A DNA stretch of 64,000 nt from contig CBDCJH010000002.1 in the NCBI GenBank assembly GCA_965217775.1, positions 2,432,001 to 2,496,000 of the forward strand, written 5' to 3'. Below are positions 28,242-36,860 of the stretch, in pieces. The notes below the pieces were generated by a model. The model had not been told where the DNA came from. It worked only from the letters and a program-made list of their open reading frames with translations, and searched no databases. Every line of letters begins with the position of its first letter. The first letter of the stretch is position 1. The position numbers and the translations under genes are program-made. Source of the stretch: Acidobacteriota bacterium. Lineage in GTDB: Bacteria; Acidobacteriota; UBA6911; RPQK01; JAJDTT01.

Positions 28242-29825
28242 ATGGGAAGACTCCTGGTCCCGGCATGCCTGCTCTGTCTTGTGATCCTGCCCGGGTGCGG
28301 GCCGGCAGACGACGGCAGCCCCAGCCCAACGGAGAGGCAGACTGAACTGCCCATCCCGTCAGTCACCCTCAGCCTGAGCTCGAAGCTCACCAATCTGGAC
28401 ATTCTGGGCTCCACCCATCAGCCGAGCATCGTCACCCTGTACCTGATCTCCGGACGGCTTTTCCGGTTGAATCACGACTGGACGGTGGAGCCGGAGCTGG
28501 CCGAATCGATGGAGATCTCCGGCGACGGCCTGACGGCCACCGTGAGTCTCAAGGAGGGACTGGTCTACTCGGACGGCACCCCTGTCACCAGCCGGGACGT
28601 CGTCTTCGCCTACACTCGGAACCGGGATCATCCGGGGCCGTACTTCTCGACGTTGCTGGCGCCGATCCGGCAGGTCGAGACGCCGGATTCCAAAACGGTC
28701 GTTTTCCACTTGAAGGAACCCTATCTGGATCTTTCGCTGGCTCTGACCCACATGGCCATGGGCATCCATCCGCAGTCCCGGATCGAAGAGGATCCCGAAT
28801 ACTTCCGCCATCCGGTCAGCTCCGGTCCATACGTGCTGAAGGAATGGATTCCGGGGGCTTCGAAGTGGGTGATCGAAGCCAATCCCAACTATGTCCGAGG
28901 GCCAATGGCCATCCAACGGATCGAGCTGGTGGCGGTGCCCGATCCCACCTCCCGGGTGTTGCAACTGTCCGCCGGGACCATCGACTACGTGTACGACCTG
29001 CCGGTGACGGCGAGGGCTTCGTTGCCGACCGAGGTCGAGGCCTACCCGGCCCCTCACAACGGCCAGTACCACGTTGCCTTCAACGGGGGATTGCCCGACG
29101 GCCACCCCGTGCGGAACGCTCAGGTCCGGCAGGCGATCTCGCTGGCCATCGACCGGGATGAGGTCAATCAGAAGGCCTTCGGCGGAATTTCGCCTCCGGC
29201 CAGGGGATTCCAGTACGCGGGACCGCCGGAGAGCTTGTTCAACCTTCCCTACGGAGGAAAGCGGAATCTGGCGGCGGCGCGCGAGCTGCTGGCGGAGACT
29301 CCCTTCAGGGACGGCTTCAGCGTGAATCTTCAGACCTGGGGCCAACGCAGCGGTTGGACCGATGCCGCTCTGGTCATTGCCGCCAACCTGGGCGAACTGG
29401 GAATCCAGGTTCAGGTGGTCCCCCTGGAGGATGCCGTGGCCAGCTCCAATCTTCGCTCCGGCGGTTACGAGATGCAGTTTTCGGGCCTGGCCGCGGGTCC
29501 CATGAATTTCTTCAGGAGTCAATGGATTCCGGGGGCATTCTGGACCGATGCCCTCCGCTACCGCAACCCGGAGGTGATCCGTCTGGTGAACTCGGCCTCC
29601 GTCGCCATTGATTTCGACCGGAGAATCGAGCTCATCCATCGTGCGCAGGAACTGGCGCTTCAGGACATGCCGCTCGTCCCGATCTCGGAGCGGGTCGTTC
29701 TGGTAGGGAGCCGGATCGACCGGAAGATCCTGTTCGAAGCCAACCTCCCGCCCGGCACCAATCCCATGGTGGCGACGATGGCCGAGTTGCAGCGGCACCC
29801 TGGCCAATCATCCGCCGGTGAGTAG
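28242..29825 (+). CDS. ABC transporter substrate-binding lipoprotein (family 5, peptide/nickel)
   Basis: Lipobox LPGC, EPELAES, SDGTPVT, GPYVL, VRQAISLAIDR. Confidence 0.9.
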   Translation: MGRLLVPACLLCLVILPGCGPADDGSPSPTERQTELPIPSVTLSLSSKLTNLDILGSTHQPSIVTLYLISGRLFRLNHDWTVEPELAESMEISGDGLTATVSLKEGLVYSDGTPVTSRDVVFAYTRNRDHPGPYFSTLLAPIRQVETPDSKTVVFHLKEPYLDLSLALTHMAMGIHPQSRIEEDPEYFRHPVSSGPYVLKEWIPGASKWVIEANPNYVRGPMAIQRIELVAVPDPTSRVLQLSAGTIDYVYDLPVTARASLPTEVEAYPAPHNGQYHVAFNGGLPDGHPVRNAQVRQAISLAIDRDEVNQKAFGGISPPARGFQYAGPPESLFNLPYGGKRNLAAARELLAETPFRDGFSVNLQTWGQRSGWTDAALVIAANLGELGIQVQVVPLEDAVASSNLRSGGYEMQFSGLAAGPMNFFRSQWIPGAFWTDALRYRNPEVIRLVNSASVAIDFDRRIELIHRAQELALQDMPLVPISERVVLVGSRIDRKILFEANLPPGTNPMVATMAELQRHPGQSSAGE

Positions 29826-30827
29826 GTGAGAAACGGAGCGCCCCCATCCGATAACGGCTCGCTCGTACCCGCCGCCCGTGTCCCGCCCCTTCTGGGCAGA
29901 ACCCTCCGCCACCTGGCCCGGGCCGTACTGGCCGCCCTGGGCGTGCTGCTGGTCACCTTCACTCTGATCCATCTGATCCCCGGCGATCCGGTGGAGATGC
30001 TGCTGGGCGACGCCGCCACCCAGGAACTGGTCGCCAAGTACCGGGAGATCCTGGGACTGGAAGGCAGCCTGTTCCAACAGTTCACCAGATACCTGGCGTC
30101 GGTGCTGCGGGGCGACCTGGGAACCTCGCTGCAGACCGGACAGAGCGTCAACTCGGTGGTCGCCCGGACGTTTCCCATGACTGCCTGGCTGATCGGCGTG
30201 ACCGTGGTGATGGCGCTGCTGATGGCCGTCCCGTTGGGGGTCGCCGCCGCCCTGCTTCGCGGCACCTGGTTCGACCACGCGTTCCGGGTCGCCACGTCCG
30301 TCTCGCTGGCCACGCCCACCTTCTATTTCGGGCTGCTTCTCATCCTCTTGTTTGCGGTTCACCTGGGTTGGGCTCCGGTGGCCGGCTATCGGCCCGGGTT
30401 CCCCGGAAACCTCCAATATCTGTGGCTTCCGGCCCTGGCCATGTCCGGCGCACTGGTCCCGATCCTGTCCCGGGTCCTTCAGAGCTCCATCGCCGAGACC
30501 ATGGAGCAGGAGTTCGTCGAGACGGCCATCGTCCGGGGACTGCCGGCCCCGGTCCTGGTCTGGCGCTACCTGCTGCGGCCCTCGCTGGCCCCCACCATCA
30601 GCCTGCTGGGCTACATCCTGGGACAGCTCCTGAGCGCCACCGTGGTGGTCGAGATCGTGTTCAATCTTCCGGGCATGGGGACGGCCCTGGTGGTGGAAGG
30701 GGTCCTGCTGAGGGACTATCCCGTGGTCCAGGGCATCATCCTGATCTTCGCGCTCATCGTGGTCGCCGTCAGCTTCCTGTCCGATACGGTCAGCGGCTGG
30801 CTCGACCCGCGGACCCGAGTTTCATGA
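29826..30827 (+). CDS. ABC permease (DppB-like)
   Basis: PGDP, GDLGTS, FNLPGMG, RDYPVVQG, LDPR. Confidence 0.9.
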   Translation: MRNGAPPSDNGSLVPAARVPPLLGRTLRHLARAVLAALGVLLVTFTLIHLIPGDPVEMLLGDAATQELVAKYREILGLEGSLFQQFTRYLASVLRGDLGTSLQTGQSVNSVVARTFPMTAWLIGVTVVMALLMAVPLGVAAALLRGTWFDHAFRVATSVSLATPTFYFGLLLILLFAVHLGWAPVAGYRPGFPGNLQYLWLPALAMSGALVPILSRVLQSSIAETMEQEFVETAIVRGLPAPVLVWRYLLRPSLAPTISLLGYILGQLLSATVVVEIVFNLPGMGTALVVEGVLLRDYPVVQGIILIFALIVVAVSFLSDTVSGWLDPRTRVS

Positions 30828-31654
30828 AGCGACTACGGCGGCTTCCAACCATGGATCTCAACCGTTCCGCCCTGGTCGGGATCGCCATCCTCCTGCTCGT
30901 GATCATCCTGAGTGTTCTGGTTCCGCTGCTCAGCCCTCACAATCCCATTGCCACCAGCGGGTCTCCGTTGTCGCCACCCGGCGTCGAGCACCTCTTTGGG
31001 ACCGACCAACTGGGACGGGACGTCTTCACCCGGACCTTCGCGGCGGGCCGTCTGGACCTGATCCTGGCGCTCATTGGGGTTTCGGTGCCGCTCCTCATCG
31101 GGACCTTCCTGGGTGCCGTTCTGGGGACGACCCGAAACCGGCTGGTGGCCTGGTTGTGGCTGATGCTGATCGACGCCATCAACGCCTTCCCTTTCGTAGT
31201 GTTGGTCATCGCCATCGTGGCGGTGGTGGGTCCCGGAGTGACCGGTCTCCTGATCGGACTCGCGGCGGTGAACTGGGCCCGCTACGCCCGAATCGCCCGT
31301 TCCCGCGCCTTGATCCTGAGGAACGCCGAGTTCGTGGAGGCGACCCGCGTCCTGGGGTACTCCCGGCTGCGAGTCCTGATCCGGCACATTCTTCCCAACG
31401 TCTACAGCGAGACGGTCGCGTATGGACTCAGCGACTTCGTCATCGTGGTGCTGACCGTGTCGTCGCTCTCGTTTCTGGGAGCGGGGGTCAACCCGCCCAC
31501 GCCCGAGTGGGGCGCCATGATCGCCGATGGCCGCCTCTACCTGCAGACGCAATGGTGGATCACCGTCTTTCCCGGATTGGCCCTCTCTCTGACCGCCATC
31601 GGCGTCGCGCTGCTGGCCCACGGCGTGTCCGGCCGGTACGCGGGGGAGAATTAG
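30824..31654 (+). CDS. ABC permease (DppC-like)
   Basis: FGTDQLGRD, EFVEATRVLG, HILPN, SLSFLG, PEWG; ATGA overlap with the previous gene. Confidence 0.9.
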   Translation: MKRLRRLPTMDLNRSALVGIAILLLVIILSVLVPLLSPHNPIATSGSPLSPPGVEHLFGTDQLGRDVFTRTFAAGRLDLILALIGVSVPLLIGTFLGAVLGTTRNRLVAWLWLMLIDAINAFPFVVLVIAIVAVVGPGVTGLLIGLAAVNWARYARIARSRALILRNAEFVEATRVLGYSRLRVLIRHILPNVYSETVAYGLSDFVIVVLTVSSLSFLGAGVNPPTPEWGAMIADGRLYLQTQWWITVFPGLALSLTAIGVALLAHGVSGRYAGEN

Positions 31655-31738
31655 TTGATATCACCAAGTAAACACGGAACGGGTAAGCCGTTGGCCACCC
31701 CGAATCGGCCGCGGGGATGTCAACTGAGGCGGAGAGCA

Positions 31739-32734
31739 GTGGACGTAGATTCCCCCATACTGCGAGTGGAGGGCCTGCGAATCGGTGTGCCGCGGCGACG
31801 GGGAGATTTGTTGTCCATCGTGGACACGGCCGATTTCCAGTTGCTCCGCCGTCAGGCCCTGGGAATCGTGGGGGAATCGGGCTCCGGCAAGACCATGCTC
31901 TGCCGCGCCTTGATGGGGACGCTCCGGCGCCACGGAGCCATGGTGGCGTCCGGCAGAATTCTCTATCGGGATCGGGACCTGGCCGGGGCCGACGAGAAGG
32001 TCTGGCGCCGGATCCGCGGCCGGCGCATCGGATACGTCCCTCAGAGCTCCCTGGCCGGACTGAATCCGGTGCTCAAGGTCCGCACTCAGTTGACCGAGGC
32101 GATCCATGCGGCCCGGGAGGTTGCCGCCGGGGAAGCGGACGACCAGGCGCTCCAGCTTCTGGAACTGGTGCGGATTCTCCGTCCCGACCAGGTCCTGGAG
32201 ATGCGTTCCCATGAGCTCTCCGGCGGAATGCGTCAGCGCGTCATGATCGCGGCGGCCCTCGCTCAGCAGCCCGAGATCCTGATCGCCGACGAGCCGACGA
32301 CGGCGCTGGACGTGACGATCCAACGCGAGATCCTGAACTTGATCAACCGCCTGCGAGCACGTCTGAAGATGGCCCTGATCTTCGTCTCCCACGATCTGGC
32401 CGTGATCGAGGAAGTCTGTGACAGCGTGATGGTCATGTACGCCGGCGCGTCGGTCGAGAACGGACCCCTGGAGGCGTTGGTCCGTAACCCGCGCCATCCA
32501 TACACCCGGGCCTTGCTGGCCTCGCGAGTGGACCTGGCGGTGCCGGGAGAAGATTTGGAGACCATTCCGGGGGATCCGGCATCGGTCGGCGCCTGGCCCT
32601 CAGGATGCCGCTTCCGGCCCCGCTGTTCGCTGGCGGACGACGACTGCCGCGGAGGCGCCCAACCGCCTTTGGCGCCTGCCGGACGCCAACGGACGGCGTG
32701 TCTTCACCACGACCGGATGGGGTGCGATCCATGA
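31739..32734 (+). CDS. ABC ATP-binding protein (DppD-like)
   Basis: GESGSGKT, LSGGMRQR, ADEPTTALD, C-terminal Cys motif; GTG start after GGAGAG. Confidence 0.9.
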   Translation: MDVDSPILRVEGLRIGVPRRRGDLLSIVDTADFQLLRRQALGIVGESGSGKTMLCRALMGTLRRHGAMVASGRILYRDRDLAGADEKVWRRIRGRRIGYVPQSSLAGLNPVLKVRTQLTEAIHAAREVAAGEADDQALQLLELVRILRPDQVLEMRSHELSGGMRQRVMIAAALAQQPEILIADEPTTALDVTIQREILNLINRLRARLKMALIFVSHDLAVIEEVCDSVMVMYAGASVENGPLEALVRNPRHPYTRALLASRVDLAVPGEDLETIPGDPASVGAWPSGCRFRPRCSLADDDCRGGAQPPLAPAGRQRTACLHHDRMGCDP

Positions 32735-33549
32735 GCGGACCGCTGCTGGAGGGCCGGAACATCACGGTCCGGTTCGGACGGGGTGCGGACGCGTTCGAGG
32801 CCGTTCGCGATGCCAGCCTCTCCCTCGATCCGGGTGAGATCGTGGGCGTGGTTGGCGAGAGCGGCAGCGGCAAGACTACCCTTGCCAGGGTACTCGTTGG
32901 CCTCCAGCCGGCGGCCTTTGGAACGGTGTTGTGGGAAGGCAAGCAGGTCGCGGAGCCCGACTCGCGAGAGCGCTTCCCCAAGAACGAGCGCTGGAAGGTC
33001 CAGATGGTCTTCCAGGACCCGTATTCGTCCCTCAACCCCCGGATGCGGGCGTGGTCGGCGGTGGCGGAAGCCCTCCAGGTATGGCGCGGGCTGACGCGCA
33101 AACAGGCCCAGGCAGAGTCCTTTTCCCTGCTTCAATCCATCGGCATCGACGAATCCCAGGCCCGAAGGTTTCCCAAGGCACTTTCGGGCGGCCAGCGTCA
33201 GCGGGTCAGCATCGCCCGGGCCCTGGCACCCGAACCGAGGGTCCTGATCGCGGACGAGCCCACGTCCGCAATCGACCAGTCGGCCCAGGCCCGCCTCGCC
33301 AACCTGCTTCGGCGGCTGCGGTCCGAACGGAACCTGGCCATCCTCTTCATCTCCCATGATTTGGCGCTGGTGCGCTACATGACCTCCCGGGTGCACGTAA
33401 TGCGCCGGGGACGCATTGTTGAGGCGGGACCGACGGAGACGGTCTTGCGGAAGCCACGGCATGCGTACACGCGCGTCCTGCTGGACTCGTTGCCGGGACG
33501 CGGCGGGAAGGGAGCGGCGGCTTTCTTGCCGCCGATCCGGGGGGGTTAG
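32731..33549 (+). CDS. ABC ATP-binding protein (DppF-like)
   Basis: GESGSGKTT, VFQDPYSSLNP, LSGGQRQR, ADEPTS. Confidence 0.9.
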   Translation: MSGPLLEGRNITVRFGRGADAFEAVRDASLSLDPGEIVGVVGESGSGKTTLARVLVGLQPAAFGTVLWEGKQVAEPDSRERFPKNERWKVQMVFQDPYSSLNPRMRAWSAVAEALQVWRGLTRKQAQAESFSLLQSIGIDESQARRFPKALSGGQRQRVSIARALAPEPRVLIADEPTSAIDQSAQARLANLLRRLRSERNLAILFISHDLALVRYMTSRVHVMRRGRIVEAGPTETVLRKPRHAYTRVLLDSLPGRGGKGAAAFLPPIRGG

Positions 33550-33652
33550 GGGGGACGGCAGTCCCCCCTCTACACTTGCCGCCTGCCGAAGCAACACCGG
33601 AGAGCAGGCGGCAAGAAAACCGCCTGTCCCAGTGGGCGACAAGAAAGTCGCC
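33512..33652. repeat. REP-like palindromes (left part of the array interrupted by IS110)
   Basis: GGAGCGGCGGCTTTCTTGCCGCC, GGCGGCAAGAAAACCGCC, GGCGACAAGAAAGTCGCC. Confidence 0.8.
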
Positions 33653-33664
33653 TGTACCCTTTAG

Positions 33665-33845
33665 GGGACTTCACCCACGGTGGGTGAAGAGGGCCATCCG
33701 GCCGGGAGCGACCCTAAAGTCCCCGCGCCTGAGAGCACCTGGAGGGGATTCGTGCCCCGGCCGGTAGCCGCGATGGAGAACCGGTGGAAAGTCAGCGTCC
33801 TAGAACAGCCAGTACAGGAACCGATCCGAATCGCGGCGGCCCAAC
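33665..33845 (+). ncRNA. Predicted IS110 bridge RNA
   Basis: 5' hairpin 33669-33689; stem 33698-33706/33756-33764 encloses target guides; stem 33767-33774/33830-33837 encloses donor guides. Confidence 0.75.
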
Positions 33846-33872
33846 ATCCATTTAAGCACTCGGAGGGTCGGG

Positions 33873-35120
33873 ATGAAACAAGATCAATGGTTTGTGGGGG
33901 TCGATTGGGCCTCCCGGTCGCACCAAGTCTGCGTGCTGGACGCGCAAGGCACTTGTCAGGGACAGCGCAGCTTCCCGCATAGCGGTTCGGGCCTCGCCCA
34001 GATGGCCGACTGGATTCTCGAGCAGACGGGAACGAGTGCGGAGGCCGTCTCGGTGGCGATTGAAGTGATCAACGGTCCCGTAGTGGAGTTCCTGATGGGT
34101 CGGCGTTTTGTCGTCTATACCATCAATCCGACACAGTTGGATCGGTTCCGTGACCGCTTCTCGCCGGCCGGAGCGAAGGATGACCGCCGCGATGCCCGGG
34201 TGCTGGCCGACGCCCTGAGAACCGACGGCAATCGCTTGCGACGGCTGGGTCCCGTCGACTCTGAGGTGATCGAGCTGCGCGAGTACTCACGACTGGCCGA
34301 CCAGTTGATCCGCGAGCGGACCCGGCTGGTCAACCGTCTCCACGATCAACTCTGGCGCTACTATCCGCAGTTCCGGGACCTCAGCAAGAATCTCGCCGAG
34401 CCTTGGGTGATGGAAGTGTGGAAGCTGGCCCCGACGCCGGAGGATGCCCGGAAGCTGCGCCCGGTCCGGGTCGCCAAAGTGTTGAAACAACATCGGATCC
34501 GCCGAATCGATGCTCCCGAGGTCCTGCGTCTCTTGCGGGTGCCCTCCTTCCCCCTGGCCGCCGGCACCGTCCAGGCCGCCAAGGTTCACATCGCCAGCTT
34601 GGCGGAGCTCCTCGCTCTGGTCCAGCGCCAACTCCGTGACCTCTCTCGTGAGAGTGCGCGTCTGATCCGGGTTTTGGAGAAGCGGTTAGAGTCGGCGGCG
34701 GGGCCCCAGGGCCCGAGGCAGGACGTGGCGATCCTTGCCTCCCTGCCCGGGGTCGGCACCAGGGTTCTCGCCACACTACTCTCGGAAGCCTACGATGCGG
34801 TGCAACGAAGAGACTATGCCGCCTTGCGTTGTCTGTGCGGGGTCGCCCCCGTGACCCGGCGCTCCGGCAAACACACCCGCGTGGTGCGCCGCCAGGCGGT
34901 TCACCCTCGTCTGCGCGAGGCGGCCTATCATTGGGCCCGGGTATCCGCACAACACGACGCCACCAGCCGAGCCAAATACAAGGCCCTCAGGGAGCGCGGC
35001 CACGGCCATGCGCGGGCCCTGCGGTCCGTGGCTGACCGTCTGCTGGGGGTGGCCTGCACCATGTTGCGAAACCAGACGATGTTCGATGAGAATCATGCGA
35101 GACAGCGCCGTGCCGCTTGA
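33873..35120 (+). CDS. IS110 family DEDD transposase/recombinase
   Basis: VGVDW, VAIE, KDDRRDA, SLPGVG, GVAPVTRRSGK; GGAGG RBS. Confidence 0.95.
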   Translation: MKQDQWFVGVDWASRSHQVCVLDAQGTCQGQRSFPHSGSGLAQMADWILEQTGTSAEAVSVAIEVINGPVVEFLMGRRFVVYTINPTQLDRFRDRFSPAGAKDDRRDARVLADALRTDGNRLRRLGPVDSEVIELREYSRLADQLIRERTRLVNRLHDQLWRYYPQFRDLSKNLAEPWVMEVWKLAPTPEDARKLRPVRVAKVLKQHRIRRIDAPEVLRLLRVPSFPLAAGTVQAAKVHIASLAELLALVQRQLRDLSRESARLIRVLEKRLESAAGPQGPRQDVAILASLPGVGTRVLATLLSEAYDAVQRRDYAALRCLCGVAPVTRRSGKHTRVVRRQAVHPRLREAAYHWARVSAQHDATSRAKYKALRERGHGHARALRSVADRLLGVACTMLRNQTMFDENHARQRRAA

Positions 35121-35342
35121 TGTAGATCCGGCCCGAGGTTCGCTCCAGGCTCCGCCGTGCGCGACCGCGCCTGGGGCTCGAGTGCGAGCCCGCCTTGGCG
35201 AGATCGGTCCGGATCCGGTTCCGTCCTGGGATCTAGCCGCCGTCGTCGAGCCGGTGGGAAAGTGGGAAACATTCCCATGTTTTCCAATTTTCCACGGGCT
35301 CCTGGCTCCTCCCGTGCCCCCTTGATAAAAGGTGGGAAGTCC

Positions 35343-35413
35343 CCTCCCAGTGGGCGACAAGAATGTCCCCCCTCCCAATGGGCGGCAAGAAAGCCGCCCC
35401 TCCAGTCGCCCCT
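35343..35413. repeat. REP-like palindromes (right part of the interrupted array)
   Basis: GGGCGACAAGAATGTCCCC and GGCGGCAAGAAAGCCGCCCCTCC. Confidence 0.75.
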
Positions 35414-35443
35414 CCGGCCACTCCTCATCGACCGGCCTTTACT

Positions 35444-36274
35444 CTACACCGGGCGGATCCGGATGTTCTTCCAGCGGCACTTGGCGCCGGTCGGCCAGCT
35501 CTTTCCGCCGTGGACCTGGACCGCGATGCTGCCGGGTTGGCCGATGCGGTTCACGATCTCCTGGCGGTTGTCGACGTACTTCTGGTTGGTGGTGGTCGGC
35601 CCGTCGAACTCGCAGATCTTCAGGCCGTTGATCCAGGTGGTGACGTGCGGTTCGGTTCCGCTGATGAGGACCCGGGCCGTGTTCCAATCGTCAATCTTGT
35701 AGGCTTCGATGAACTCCTCCGGCGTGCAGGACGAGATCAATCCGGCTTCCTCCAAGGAGCGGCCTCCGATGGGCGTGAGACGAACCAATCGTTGGTCCTG
35801 ATCCAGGATCCCGTTGACCTCGAAGGTTGCGCAGTTGAAGCCGAAGGTCCCTTCTCCGTAGAGGAACCCCATCTTGCCGTTGTCGTGATAGTCGACCATC
35901 ATCTGCACGCACTGGCCCTTGTCGTTGCTGCGCAGAAAGAGCCCCGAGCAGACCCCCCAGTCCGGTTTGATGTCGATGGAGAGTTCAAAGTCCATGAACT
36001 TCTCGTCGGTGAGCAGGATGCCGCCGTTGCCCGAACCGGGGGGATCCTGCTGACCCGTGATGGTCCCATCCTCGACGGCCCACTGCCCACCCGTACCATG
36101 ACCGATCTTCTCCGGATTGGTGTGCCAGCCATTCAGTGAAACCCCGTCGAAAAGGGGCTTCCACTCGGATTGGGTTGAAGGGGCGCAACCCAGCGCCGAG
36201 AGTGCGGGAATGAAGCTGGCGCCCGCTGCGGTTCGAGACACGTTTTCTATGAAACGACGGCGATCAATCTGCAT
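35444..36274 (-). CDS. DUF1080 / 3-keto-disaccharide hydrolase family protein, Tat-type signal
   Basis: DRRRFI, WKPLFDGVSLNGW, WAVEDG, SGLFLR, IAVQVHG, WKNIRI. Confidence 0.88.
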   Translation of the reverse strand: MQIDRRRFIENVSRTAAGASFIPALSALGCAPSTQSEWKPLFDGVSLNGWHTNPEKIGHGTGGQWAVEDGTITGQQDPPGSGNGGILLTDEKFMDFELSIDIKPDWGVCSGLFLRSNDKGQCVQMMVDYHDNGKMGFLYGEGTFGFNCATFEVNGILDQDQRLVRLTPIGGRSLEEAGLISSCTPEEFIEAYKIDDWNTARVLISGTEPHVTTWINGLKICEFDGPTTTNQKYVDNRQEIVNRIGQPGSIAVQVHGGKSWPTGAKCRWKNIRIRPV

Positions 36275-36566
36275 GGGTCAGAACCTCCGGATGCATTCGT
36301 TGAAGTCGGTGTCGTCGGCGCCGACCGTTCGGGTTCCGAAATATCGTGGAACAGTCGCAACCGCACGGGTCGCCGACAATAATCGTCTGGATTTCGCGTT
36401 GTTCGGGATTATAGGGTCTGAACAGCGACCAAGACAACGGACTGTCCCGAAGGCAATAGAGACACGGCCGAACCGAGCACCTGCCGCGACACTCAGGTGT
36501 TACGATTGCTCCTTCAGGTCGATTTTTCCTACTACTTTCAAGAATCCGGATGTGGAGAATATTGGT

Positions 36567-36824
36567 ATGGCGCTAAAAATAGATGATGCAGAGACCCATG
36601 GCCTCGCGAAGAGGCTCGCCACGCTGACCGGAAAATCGTTGACCGAGGCGGTCAAACATGCCCTCCAGGCGCGCCTGGAGCAGGTTGAGAAATCGCGTGG
36701 CATATCGCGGCGCGTCGAAGAATTGGATCGCATCGCGCTGGACTGCGCGAAACTACCGAGGCGCGACCAACGAAGTGCCAATGAGATCATCGGTTACGAC
36801 ACTTTGGGCATTTTCGGGGCGTAA
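36567..36824 (+). CDS. vapB: VapB-family antitoxin (no adjacent vapC)
   Basis: MALKIDDAETHGLAKRLATLTGKSLTEAVKHAL...EIIGYD; GGAGA RBS. Confidence 0.8.
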   Translation: MALKIDDAETHGLAKRLATLTGKSLTEAVKHALQARLEQVEKSRGISRRVEELDRIALDCAKLPRRDQRSANEIIGYDTLGIFGA

Positions 36825-36860
36825 GAGGCTGTTGCCGAGCCCGAGAAGGAATTTCTCAAA

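Larger units (their letters stand above)
33651..35342 (+). mobile_element. IS110-family insertion sequence (CC core at both ends, no TIR) inserted in a REP unit
   Basis: Removing the element leaves ...AAAGTCGCCCCTCCC..., matching neighbouring REP units; joined ends give TTGATA-N17-TACCCT. Confidence 0.85.
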
